Virus record (IMG/VR): IMGVR_UViG_3300005298_000080
Coordinates: 1 to 31,905 of that record
From: a virus
Taxonomy: Duplodnaviria; Caudoviricetes
Reading direction: 5' to 3' (one strand)
Length of the DNA: 31,905 nt
The position numbers were made by a program, and so were the translations under genes. Below, in pieces: positions 6,869 to 15,370 of this stretch; positions within the stretch are counted from its first letter, which is position 1; each line of letters opens with the position of its first letter. The notes under the pieces were generated by a model that did not search any database, was not told the DNA's origin, and worked only from the letters and a program-made list of their open reading frames with translations.

Positions 6869-8926
6869 ATGATGCACGACCAAGCCTATCATGTTGCTGC
6901 TGTTAATGGTAATGGTCAGAACGCTACTGAAAAAGAATTGGCCCCCGCAGAACACGAGGGCCAAACCACAACAACCACCACCACAACCACCACTCAATTA
7001 AATTATAGTGTAGGCGGCGGTGGTTGTCAAGGTGGTTTTGAAAAGGCTCCTATTATCTATGAGAGCTGTGATAGGAGTACCGTAGTCGATGAGATAGTAA
7101 AACAAGTGAGGGAGCTGGGGGTGCCGCTCTACATTTTTAGGGGTAAACTTGTAGAGGTTAGGGAGGACTCAACAAGTGGTAAACTTATAGTAGTTGAAAC
7201 AGACCCAGAGAACCTACAGATCCTTCTCGAAAGATATTTCAGCTTCTTCATCCAGGGAGGTGGAGAAGGAGGCGGCTGTAAACGGCGGGCAGGACTACGC
7301 TCTACCGGCTGTCCGAGAGTAGTAGCAGCGGCCCTCACTAAGAAACCAGAAGGGCGGTTTCACACAATTAAAAAAATAGCTGACCATCCCGTCCTACGAG
7401 AGGATGGAACGCTACTCCTAAAACGTGGTTTCAATCCGCCCGATACTTTGCTGGTTTCTGACTACTCGCACCTAGTCGTACCAGACAGTCCGACTCAGGA
7501 GGATATAGATAAAGCGAAAAATTTCATAGAGGACCTAATCAAAGAATTCTACTTCAAGGATGAGATGGCTAAGGCTGCCGCTATCGCTGCTATGGCTACA
7601 TGTGTAATCAGGGATTCGTTGGACACAGTTCCAATTTTCGTTGTTCGGGCACCAATAAGAGGAGCCGGTAAAACAACATTCGTCAAGCTCTGTGCGACTA
7701 TCAGGTTAGGACATCCTGGATCAGTAATAGGATATAGACCAGATGATACGGAAATGACAAAAAGAATCGAGTCGGCAGTAATATCAAATAAGTCGTTCAT
7801 TAACCTAGATAACTTTAATGGCATTCTTAGGTCTGAGACGTTAGGTCAGTTGGCTACAGAACAGGAGACCGATATTCGTAAACTCGGAGGACATAATAGT
7901 GAATCAGTTGAGTCCACAAAGAACCTTTTGATTTTTGCTAACGGAAATAACATAATAATCGATAATGACCTTCTAAGACGCGTTTTACTAATCGAGATAT
8001 CTATACCACCAGAATATGTAAGGGATCCGCTTGCTAGACCATTTAGCAGAGATATACTCACCTACGCCAAGGAAAATCGAGATGAAATTTTTAGGGCGTT
8101 TTTTACTCTGTTTAAAGCTTACGTTAATAGCGGCTTCGGTGATTACTACAAGTATAACAAAGGCTTACTAAATTTTGAAAATTGGAATAAGTTTATTAGG
8201 TGGTTCGTCATATGGTTAGGATATCCAGATATATATTACATCATGGCTAATGTCAACAGTGATGATATAGAGGCTCAGATATGGGAGAGCATCTGTGAGC
8301 AGCTCTATGTAGGAACAGGAGGTGAGCCGTTTCTAGCAACCCAGATGATTAAGAAGATGGAGGATGCCCTAAGAAAGTATTCAGAGTTTAGTAGCACGAT
8401 CAGCTTTGCAAAAAATGGTCTAACGCGTCTACAAGCGAAGGAAATCGTTGAGGAGGTTAATGGTAAGGCTGAAACGAAAACCGTTAGCTATACTGTAGAC
8501 TGTTCGAGAGAAAGAATTAGCGAACTGATTAAGATATTAAGTAATTCGCACTTCGTAACGCTCAAAAGCTTCATTAAGGACTTAGAAGAGGTTTTGATGA
8601 TAGAGGATGAGGGTGAGAGGTTGGAAAAGGCCAAAGCTGTGTTGGAGGAGCTTAATAATTGTTGTGCAGAGTTTATCGATATCTGTGAGGCTAATATAAT
8701 TACTGTGGAAAAGCTAGTTGGGACGCACAGGACGATCGACAGGCGGACGGTATTATCAGAGAAGAGGGAGGTGACTAAGCCTAACCTTGCAGCACTGGGT
8801 TATAAAATCAGGGCGAAGGAAAATAGGCAATTTGGGCGGTTTATGATAGTAAAAAGTGATAAAAAACATAGGACAAACACAACGATGTGGCAAGTTATAA
8901 AAATTGAAGAGGAACAGGAAGCGTAG
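6869..8926 (+). CDS. Primase-associated SF3-like DNA helicase (P-loop ATPase)
   Basis: Walker A APIRGAGKT, Walker B FINLDN, motif C IFANGNN, DLLRRVLLI. SD AAGGAGG precedes GTG 6863 / ATG 6869 / ATG 6872, so the exact start is uncertain. Confidence 0.8.
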   Translation: MMHDQAYHVAAVNGNGQNATEKELAPAEHEGQTTTTTTTTTTQLNYSVGGGGCQGGFEKAPIIYESCDRSTVVDEIVKQVRELGVPLYIFRGKLVEVREDSTSGKLIVVETDPENLQILLERYFSFFIQGGGEGGGCKRRAGLRSTGCPRVVAAALTKKPEGRFHTIKKIADHPVLREDGTLLLKRGFNPPDTLLVSDYSHLVVPDSPTQEDIDKAKNFIEDLIKEFYFKDEMAKAAAIAAMATCVIRDSLDTVPIFVVRAPIRGAGKTTFVKLCATIRLGHPGSVIGYRPDDTEMTKRIESAVISNKSFINLDNFNGILRSETLGQLATEQETDIRKLGGHNSESVESTKNLLIFANGNNIIIDNDLLRRVLLIEISIPPEYVRDPLARPFSRDILTYAKENRDEIFRAFFTLFKAYVNSGFGDYYKYNKGLLNFENWNKFIRWFVIWLGYPDIYYIMANVNSDDIEAQIWESICEQLYVGTGGEPFLATQMIKKMEDALRKYSEFSSTISFAKNGLTRLQAKEIVEEVNGKAETKTVSYTVDCSRERISELIKILSNSHFVTLKSFIKDLEEVLMIEDEGERLEKAKAVLEELNNCCAEFIDICEANIITVEKLVGTHRTIDRRTVLSEKREVTKPNLAALGYKIRAKENRQFGRFMIVKSDKKHRTNTTMWQVIKIEEEQEA
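6930..6964 (-). terminator. Intrinsic terminator of the antisense RNA
   Basis: Minus strand: TTGGCCCTCG-TGTTCTG-CGGGGGCCAA followed by TTCTTTTT (10-bp stem, one G.U pair). Confidence 0.75.
6930..6995 (-). ncRNA. Predicted ~65 nt cis-antisense RNA inside the helicase 5' end
   Basis: Lies between a consensus minus-strand promoter and a minus-strand intrinsic terminator. Confidence 0.7.
7002..7030 (-). promoter_or_regulatory. Perfect sigma-70 consensus promoter, antisense to the helicase
   Basis: Minus strand TTGACA (7030-7025), 17 nt spacer, TATAAT (7007-7002). Confidence 0.85.
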
Positions 8927-8954
8927 GCAACCTGATCCTTTGCTCCTTTCGTTA

Positions 8955-8997
8955 GCCGCTCGTGGGGTTTCTGGTTGGCCTCATGAGCGGTTTTTTT
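8955..8997 (+). terminator. Intrinsic terminator of the replication operon
   Basis: GCCGCTCGTGGGG...CCTCATGAGCGG followed by TTTTTTT; the stem deviations are G.U pairs. Confidence 0.85.
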
Positions 8998-9049
8998 ATC
9001 AGGTGGGGGATTTGTTAACTTAGTTTCCAAAGATTAGTCTTTTTAAATC

Positions 9050-9751
9050 ATCTCCTGCAATCTCCATCTCCTGCACTATCTCCTGCACCATCTCCTGCAT
9101 CCTTGCTTTAGTCATAAGTCCTTTAAATATAAGAGCTTACGCTTACTTTTTTTAGAAAACGCAGGAGATGCAGGAGATGTTTTAGTCCTCTGAAACAATT
9201 TCGTTATGGTATTATCATATGCCTGATAAGGATAGTACTGATTAAAAGCATCTCCTGCACATCTCCATCTCCTGCATCATCTCCTGCATCATCTCCTGCA
9301 TCTCTTCTAAATTCATAAGTCCTTTAAAAATAAGGAGTTAGGTTTAATTTTTTACATAGATGCAGGAGATGCAGGAGATGTTTCCCGGGGTTGAAAAATT
9401 TTTGTTATGGTAATATTACAATCCTGACAATAATGGTGTAGGATTCCATTAACTGTAATATCACCTAGCTGATAAACATGGTGTATGATTCCGCTGCCAT
9501 AGTGGATACATATATGAAAAACTTTTTAGGGTATAATATATCTCCTGCATCTCATGCATCTCCTGCATTTTGCGAGAATCATTAAACGCAACCCCTTGAA
9601 AAACCTAGACTTACGACAACACCCCCACTAGAGAGTGGTTGCAGGAGATGTTTTTTGACCCCCCAAAAACGCCTTTATCTCCTGCACCCCCAATCCGCGT
9701 CTCCTGCCCCCCTCGGCCTCATCTCCTGCCCTCCTGACCCTATCTCCTGCA
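9050..9751. repeat. Putative replication origin: about 20 ATCTCCTGCA iterons in both orientations
   Basis: Forward copies at 9050, 9066, 9078, 9090, 9250, 9267, 9279, 9291, 9540, 9549v, 9558, 9677, 9699v, 9721v, 9742; reverse copies at 9160v, 9169, 9361, 9370, 9640 (v = variant). Non-coding and directly after the primase/helicase genes. Confidence 0.8.
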
Positions 9752-9787
9752 TAACCAACCCTCCCATTCAGTCAGCTCCTCCCCCCA

Positions 9788-9816
9788 TTGAAGAAAAAAT
9801 ACCGCTGAGCTATAAT
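9788..9816 (+). promoter_or_regulatory. Sigma-70 promoter TTGAAG-17-TATAAT
   Basis: TTGAAG 9788-9793, TATAAT 9811-9816, then SD AAGGAG and ATG 9843. Confidence 0.7.
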
Positions 9817-9842
9817 TAAGTGAAATAAAAAGGAGCAACCCC

Positions 9843-10667
9843 ATGACTTTAATAAGATCAAGAACCAAATGGATCGCCTCTATAGTTCGTGTTCATTGTG
9901 ATCTTACTGAAGATTACAACCCGTTCGCTATCCTGGATTTATGTAGAAGCACTAACCCCCAATATGTTTTGATAACAAAAGATAATTGGCAGCTAGTTGA
10001 TAGTTATTCTTTAGATTTTCATCGCCCGCCCAATCTTTATCCCTTACCAATCCCTGAGTACCCCGGCGATCTGGATCTACTAAAAACCTTGATTAGAGTA
10101 GACGATCAAGTTTTCGAAACAATTAAGTGCTGGCTAGTTTCTGCTATTTATCGCTACTATATGATTAGACGTGACAAAAAATCGCTCCTTGTTATAAATG
10201 GCGAATCATCAAAACAAAAAAAGCTAATAATGAAAGTTCTAAAAAACCTGCTTGATCCTTGTTACTCATTTGATGATCGATTTCCAGTTAGACCAAAAAA
10301 ATTAATTGAAGACTGCGAAAGTAATTACATTCTGACTTATACACTTACTGACAAAATTTCATTAGAAAAATCAGCAGCCAATTTTTTCACATATTTGACT
10401 TCAGATCTATTTACTCCTATTACGGTTTATTGTTATTACCGGCCAATACTTACAACAGTTAATCTTGCATGTTATAGACCCGTTATCGTCGTCAATAATA
10501 GCAAGAATTTAAAGCGTCCGATTTTTCATGATTTTGAATTGCATATTGACGTCAAGGAATCAAAGGAGCAAGAGCCAGAGGAGGAGGTATTAAAAAGATT
10601 GGAAGATCTGAAACCAAAAATTCTCGGTGGGCTCTTAAGTTTGGTAGCTAGTGTAATTAAATATTAA
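9843..10667 (+). CDS. Degenerate primase-associated ATPase/helicase-like protein
   Basis: GDLDLL...WLVSAI...LLVINGESSKQKKL...LLDP...RPVIVVN...PKILGGLL resembles phage replication ATPases carrying a GEQGSxKS-type Walker A, but the motif is lost here. Confidence 0.5.
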   Translation: MTLIRSRTKWIASIVRVHCDLTEDYNPFAILDLCRSTNPQYVLITKDNWQLVDSYSLDFHRPPNLYPLPIPEYPGDLDLLKTLIRVDDQVFETIKCWLVSAIYRYYMIRRDKKSLLVINGESSKQKKLIMKVLKNLLDPCYSFDDRFPVRPKKLIEDCESNYILTYTLTDKISLEKSAANFFTYLTSDLFTPITVYCYYRPILTTVNLACYRPVIVVNNSKNLKRPIFHDFELHIDVKESKEQEPEEEVLKRLEDLKPKILGGLLSLVASVIKY

Positions 10668-10725
10668 GGCGTTGAATATAATTAAGTTAGAAGATGCAAA
10701 AACATGACTAAAAAACTGACCATAA

Positions 10726-10800
10726 GGCAGCCCCCAACCCCCCCTCGAGAGGTATGCGACAAAGCCAAACCGCCCGCTGGCCTCCCAAAATTTTTCACAG
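10726..10800. other. Candidate cos/packaging region
   Basis: Non-coding GC-rich stretch (ACCGCCCGCTGG...AAAATTTTTCAC) immediately upstream of the small terminase, the usual position of cos in HNH-carrying HK97-like phages. The cut site cannot be determined. Confidence 0.35.
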
Positions 10801-10874
10801 ATTCGAGCGACAAAATCCCGACTTAGCCTCAATTAAACCCAAGTCAAATCAACTTAATCACAATTCAAGCCAAA

Positions 10875-11189
10875 ATGAATGAAAACAATAAAAGATCTAA
10901 ACTTTTGCCACCTAAGACCTGGTCGAAAAAAACAGCTAAAGAAATAGAAAAGCAGATTTTGAGTCAACTTGATGTAGCTTTAAAGCAATTGGAACAAGAA
11001 GGATTTATTTTAGAAGACGATAATGGCAAAAAGAGAAACCCATTAACCGTTTGCATTAAAGACTTGTTAATGGCCCTAAAAACTTGTCGCTCTATCCCAC
11101 TTGATCAGCCTAAAAAACGAGAGAAAAAAGTCGACAAAAAAGAGCAGCAACTTGAACCACCAACTCTCCCCATTCTTGACTTACCATGA
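10875..11189 (+). CDS. Putative terminase small subunit
   Basis: Position before HNH/TerL; QLEQEGFILEDDNGKKRNP resembles the P27-type small terminase EG...NP motif. Confidence 0.6.
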   Translation: MNENNKRSKLLPPKTWSKKTAKEIEKQILSQLDVALKQLEQEGFILEDDNGKKRNPLTVCIKDLLMALKTCRSIPLDQPKKREKKVDKKEQQLEPPTLPILDLP

Positions 11190-11482
11190 CCCGCTACATC
11201 ATTTGCTCCAGATGCTCAAGGCTAAAAAAGGTTGGAGAAAAATGCATCTGTTATAGAACTGCAGACAATAGAAAGCCCGCAGGTGAAAGAGGTTATGACT
11301 GGGACTGGTATAAACTTCGAACACAATATCTAAAACTCCATCCAACTTGCGAAATCTGTAAAATTAAACCTGCTGAAATCGTACACCACAAAGTCGAGAT
11401 TATAACGGATCCAACAAAAAGACTGAGTTATGATAATTTAGTTGCTGTTTGTCGTTCGTGTCATTTTGATTTACATCGATGA
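11186..11482 (+). CDS. HNH endonuclease (terminase-associated, HK97 gp74-like)
   Basis: RGYDWDW...CEIC...VHHK...DNLVAVCRSCHFDLH. Confidence 0.9.
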   Translation: MTRYIICSRCSRLKKVGEKCICYRTADNRKPAGERGYDWDWYKLRTQYLKLHPTCEICKIKPAEIVHHKVEIITDPTKRLSYDNLVAVCRSCHFDLHR

Positions 11483-13128
11483 CGATAACTGAGTATTTGC
11501 AAAAATTAGAAGCTTATTGTGAGAAGGCGAAAAGTGATCCTAAAAAAAGCAAAATTGAACAACTTTTTTACGATCGACATTTAACGCTTTGCAACAAAGG
11601 CTATAAAATCGATCTAAAAAAAATAGAAGAAGTTTTGCGTTTTACTGGATCACTTTTTGTTTATACTCCGAGTGGTCCAAAAAGAATTGAACTTTTACCT
11701 TGGCAAATAATTACGTTAGTTGATATTTTTGGATTGCAGTTGGGTGATGAAGGAGGAAGATTAATAAAAAGATGCTTCGTTTCAATTCCTAGGAAAAATG
11801 GAAAAACTACATTCGCTGCAATCATAATGCTAATCGGTCTTCTCTATGCTCCTCCCGGTTCTAATCTTCTTTTAGCTGCTACTTGTCGTGATCAAGCAAG
11901 AATAACCAAGGAATATCTCGAATTTATTATTTCGCATACTCCCTCCCTTCTTAACCATTTTAAGGTTTTGCGGCGAGAGATTAGAAATAAAAGAACTGAA
12001 GCAAAACTAATCGTGTTGCCTGGAGACGTTGTTTTTTCATGGGGTTATAATGCGTGGTTGGTGATTTTGGACGAGTTACACGCATTTAAAAAACCTGGAT
12101 TATGGGAAAGTCTGACAGGTGCAACGGTGGCTAATCCTGAATCGCTCGTTATAGGGATTTCAACAGCAGGACAGGATTTAACTGGTTTATACACGACAAA
12201 ACGAGCATATTCTGAGATGGTTTTAACTGGGCAAATTAGTGATGATTCTTGGTACACATATATAACCACGAAAAATGATGATATTTTATGGCACGATGAC
12301 TTAGCTATCGAACAAGCAAATCCTGGATTAAATAAAATTGTTCCGGCAAGTGAACTATTTAGATTACGTGATCAAGCAAAACTGGATGCACAACAAGAGC
12401 TATATTTTCGTCGCTATCATCTAAATGAGCAGGTTAGTGAAGGAGCAACATTCATAGCGTTGGATTTATGGAAAAAGCAGGAAATCGATAGTGCTAAAGG
12501 CGAAGTTGATTTAATTTCTTTTGGAGTTGACTTATCACTTTCAACGGATTTATCGGCTGTTGTGATTAGCTACTATGATAAGGCAAGAACTATAATTAAT
12601 ATAGAGGCCCATGCGTGGATTACATCGAAGGCATTGAACGAGTCGATTATTGCATCCGAACTGATTAACTGTAGAGATAGTGGCGAACTCACAATTTGCG
12701 AAGGGGAGAAGATAGATTTTAGCAGCATAGCAAACTTTATAGCCAGCAGATGGGTTCCTGGGAAGTCACTGATTTATATCGACCCCTATCCTGCCCACCT
12801 ACTGATCGATGAGTTGGAAAAGAAACTGGGAATTTATGGAGCGGATATCATAGAGGTCAAACAATCAGGAAATGCAATAGATCAATTTATAAGGAAGGCA
12901 CAGTTACTAGCAAATCAGTACGCTCTAAAGCACACGTATAATCGACTATTTGAGATCTGCATTTCGAATACTGTCGTGCGTGAAAATAAAAAAGGGCAGC
13001 TAACATTAGGCAGGTTAAGAGAAAAAGTTCCAATTGATCTTTCTGTTGCCCTAGTTATGTCGTTGATTCCTGCAGTTGATAAACCTAGTCAGCAATCGGG
13101 GCCATTAGTCGAATCGTGGATCTTTTAA
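11479..13128 (+). CDS. terL: Terminase large subunit
   Basis: LLPWQ, IPRKNGKT (Walker A), VILDELH (Walker B), ISTAG, GVDLS..TDLSA nuclease motif, IDLSVALVM. Confidence 0.95.
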   Translation: MTITEYLQKLEAYCEKAKSDPKKSKIEQLFYDRHLTLCNKGYKIDLKKIEEVLRFTGSLFVYTPSGPKRIELLPWQIITLVDIFGLQLGDEGGRLIKRCFVSIPRKNGKTTFAAIIMLIGLLYAPPGSNLLLAATCRDQARITKEYLEFIISHTPSLLNHFKVLRREIRNKRTEAKLIVLPGDVVFSWGYNAWLVILDELHAFKKPGLWESLTGATVANPESLVIGISTAGQDLTGLYTTKRAYSEMVLTGQISDDSWYTYITTKNDDILWHDDLAIEQANPGLNKIVPASELFRLRDQAKLDAQQELYFRRYHLNEQVSEGATFIALDLWKKQEIDSAKGEVDLISFGVDLSLSTDLSAVVISYYDKARTIINIEAHAWITSKALNESIIASELINCRDSGELTICEGEKIDFSSIANFIASRWVPGKSLIYIDPYPAHLLIDELEKKLGIYGADIIEVKQSGNAIDQFIRKAQLLANQYALKHTYNRLFEICISNTVVRENKKGQLTLGRLREKVPIDLSVALVMSLIPAVDKPSQQSGPLVESWIF

Positions 13129-14330
13129 AAAACATCAAAAATTACATCAGCAATTTCTTCCGCCCTTTTTATCGCAGCTCTGGATCATTTTCTATCGTCT
13201 ATGGAACTGAGAATATTGTTGGTTACAGAAAAGCATTAGAAATCCCAGCTGTCTTAAGGGCGGTCAATCTAATCGCGTCATCAGTTGCACAGTTGCCAAT
13301 TCATGTTTATCGTCGTGGGCCTTATCGCACTAGAATTTTCTATCATCCATATATCAGAGCTTTAAATAACCCTACTGATGGCGTTACTCGATATCATTTC
13401 ATCCGCACATTAACAACTCATGCTCTTCTTACTGGAAACGGTTTTGCCTGGTTTACATCGGTACAAGGCCGCCCACAATTTATCATTTTGGATCCGCTGC
13501 GAGTTAGTTACGTTATTGATAATGGTAAACTTTACTGGGTGACAACGATCGAGGGGAAGGGTGAGGTTAGATTTCCAGATGAAGAAATTTTGCATATTAA
13601 AGGATTGTCGCTAGACGGTATTATTGGTGAACCCATTTATAAGTTGTTCGCCGATGCAGTAGGAGTAGCGGCTGATTTTCAAACATGCAGAAATAAGTTC
13701 TATAAAAATTCAGCTTTATCTTCTGGCTACTTAACTATTTCTCGATCGATAAGTGAGGAGGAAAGGCTAGCAATCATTCAGAGTTTTAAATCGATAGTTT
13801 ATGCACCTCGAGACAGCTTCGGTTTGCCTGCACTGAGAGAGGGGATTAGTTGGCAATCGAGTCCTGTGCAGCTATCTAATGTGGATTTTGAGAAGCACCA
13901 ATTAACTATAATTCGTGACGTTGCAAACTTGTTCGGTTTGCCACCTCACTTATTAGGCGACCCAACGAGAACTAGTTACGCATCGTTAGAGCAGGAAAAT
14001 CAACACTTTATACAATTTTCTTTGGAGCCATGGTTGCAAGCATGGGAGAGCGAACTAAATACTAAGTTTGCTCCTCGTGATGCATATTGGGAGTTCGTGA
14101 GGAATGCGTTGGTTCGGAACTTATTGAATGACCGAGTTAAAGCGTATTGGACTCTATTTCAAGTTGGTGCTATTTCTCCAAACGAGATCAGAGCTAAAGA
14201 AAATATGCCGCCTCGAGAAGGTGGTGATATGTTCTACGTTCCTGCTAATTTAACCCCTAGTGCTCGCGATATACCTGGTGAGGAAGAAGAAGATGAAGAA
14301 GAAAATAATTCAACAGATAGTGAAAGCTAG
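13116..14330 (+). CDS. Portal protein, HK97 family
   Basis: IPAVLRAVNLIASSVAQLP, GNGFA, EILHIK, FGLPPHLLG, SPNEIRAKENMPP..GGD. Confidence 0.95.
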   Translation: MDLLKNIKNYISNFFRPFYRSSGSFSIVYGTENIVGYRKALEIPAVLRAVNLIASSVAQLPIHVYRRGPYRTRIFYHPYIRALNNPTDGVTRYHFIRTLTTHALLTGNGFAWFTSVQGRPQFIILDPLRVSYVIDNGKLYWVTTIEGKGEVRFPDEEILHIKGLSLDGIIGEPIYKLFADAVGVAADFQTCRNKFYKNSALSSGYLTISRSISEEERLAIIQSFKSIVYAPRDSFGLPALREGISWQSSPVQLSNVDFEKHQLTIIRDVANLFGLPPHLLGDPTRTSYASLEQENQHFIQFSLEPWLQAWESELNTKFAPRDAYWEFVRNALVRNLLNDRVKAYWTLFQVGAISPNEIRAKENMPPREGGDMFYVPANLTPSARDIPGEEEEDEEENNSTDSES

Positions 14331-15360
14331 AAACCGCTCACTTATTTTGATGCAAGACGAGACACCCGCACCTCCTAGTACTGACGTTTTTCTACTATAT
14401 GGTGACATAACAATGGAAGTAGCGAACGAAGTTGTGGAGGCGATTAAAAATGGAGTTAAGGAACTGCGGGTGAATAGTTATGGCGGTGATTTCTTTGCAG
14501 GAGCTTCGATCGCTGCAGCTGTTAAAGAACATGACGTTTATGTAGTGGTCGATGGTTTAGCAGGTTCAGCCGCAGCGTTACCAGTTATCGCAGCGAAAAG
14601 GAATGCGTCAGTAGTGGGCGGTTATCTATATGTGCATAGAACGCTGGTGACTGTAACTGGAAATTGCAATGTTTTAAGATTCCAAGCAGATCAGTTAGAG
14701 AGGTTTGATGAGGAGGTTTTAGTGACGGCTTTAATGGAGCGAAGTGGGAAGGATCGAGAAACAGTAATTTCGTGGCTAGATGCAAAAATCAGTACGGAAA
14801 ATGGAGAGTTTTCAGTCGATGGTACTGTATTCTCGGCGGAAGAAGCTAAGGAGTTAGGTTTGATTGATGAAATCATTGGGGCTGAAGAAGAGGAAATGGA
14901 AGAAGAAGAACCAACTGAGGAAGAAGCACCAACTGAGGCTACAAAAAGGATTACAAAAAAGGCGTTAAAACCGGTTAGGATGTTTGTACCTGATAATCCT
15001 CCTGGAGGTGAGGGTGTAGGAGTTGAAGGAGATTGGGAACGACCAAATTTAGAGGACTTCACTGACAAAGGCTGGGATGAGCTAGAGCAGGAAGAAAAAA
15101 GATTCATTGCGGCCCATTTTGCATGGGCCGAAGATCTGGACACATTTGGATCGCTAAAACTTCCGCATCATTATCCTCCAACTCATGACTCGCATCCAAA
15201 GGCGAGTCTTAACGGCGTAAGGAATGCGTTAGCAAGACTTCCGCTCACGGAAGGGCTAAACGATGATGAGCGTGAGAGAGTTCGTGATCATTTGCTTGAA
15301 CATCTCCCTGTAGAGGAGAGAGCAATTTGGTTAGAAGTTGTCAACCTTTTTAGTAAGTGA
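14320..15360 (+). CDS. ClpP-like prohead protease with acidic linker and extra C-terminal domain
   Basis: VNSYGGD, DGLAGSAA (catalytic Ser), YVH, FSAEEAKELGLIDEI. Start is GTG 14320 or ATG 14350. Confidence 0.85.
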   Translation: MKARNRSLILMQDETPAPPSTDVFLLYGDITMEVANEVVEAIKNGVKELRVNSYGGDFFAGASIAAAVKEHDVYVVVDGLAGSAAALPVIAAKRNASVVGGYLYVHRTLVTVTGNCNVLRFQADQLERFDEEVLVTALMERSGKDRETVISWLDAKISTENGEFSVDGTVFSAEEAKELGLIDEIIGAEEEEMEEEEPTEEEAPTEATKRITKKALKPVRMFVPDNPPGGEGVGVEGDWERPNLEDFTDKGWDELEQEEKRFIAAHFAWAEDLDTFGSLKLPHHYPPTHDSHPKASLNGVRNALARLPLTEGLNDDERERVRDHLLEHLPVEERAIWLEVVNLFSK

Positions 15361-15370
15361 GGAGTGAAAA

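Noticed and set aside
6965-6995. Functional poly-Thr tract in the helicase
   Set aside because: More simply explained by the overlapping antisense RNA on the other strand.
9050-9751. CRISPR array
   Set aside because: Repeats are 10 bp, in both orientations and irregularly spaced, without 30-40 nt unique spacers or cas genes; they fit iterons.
10817-10874. Loose 5-bp periodic sequence (also around 4786-4828)
   Set aside because: Too short and degenerate to separate from low-complexity background by eye.
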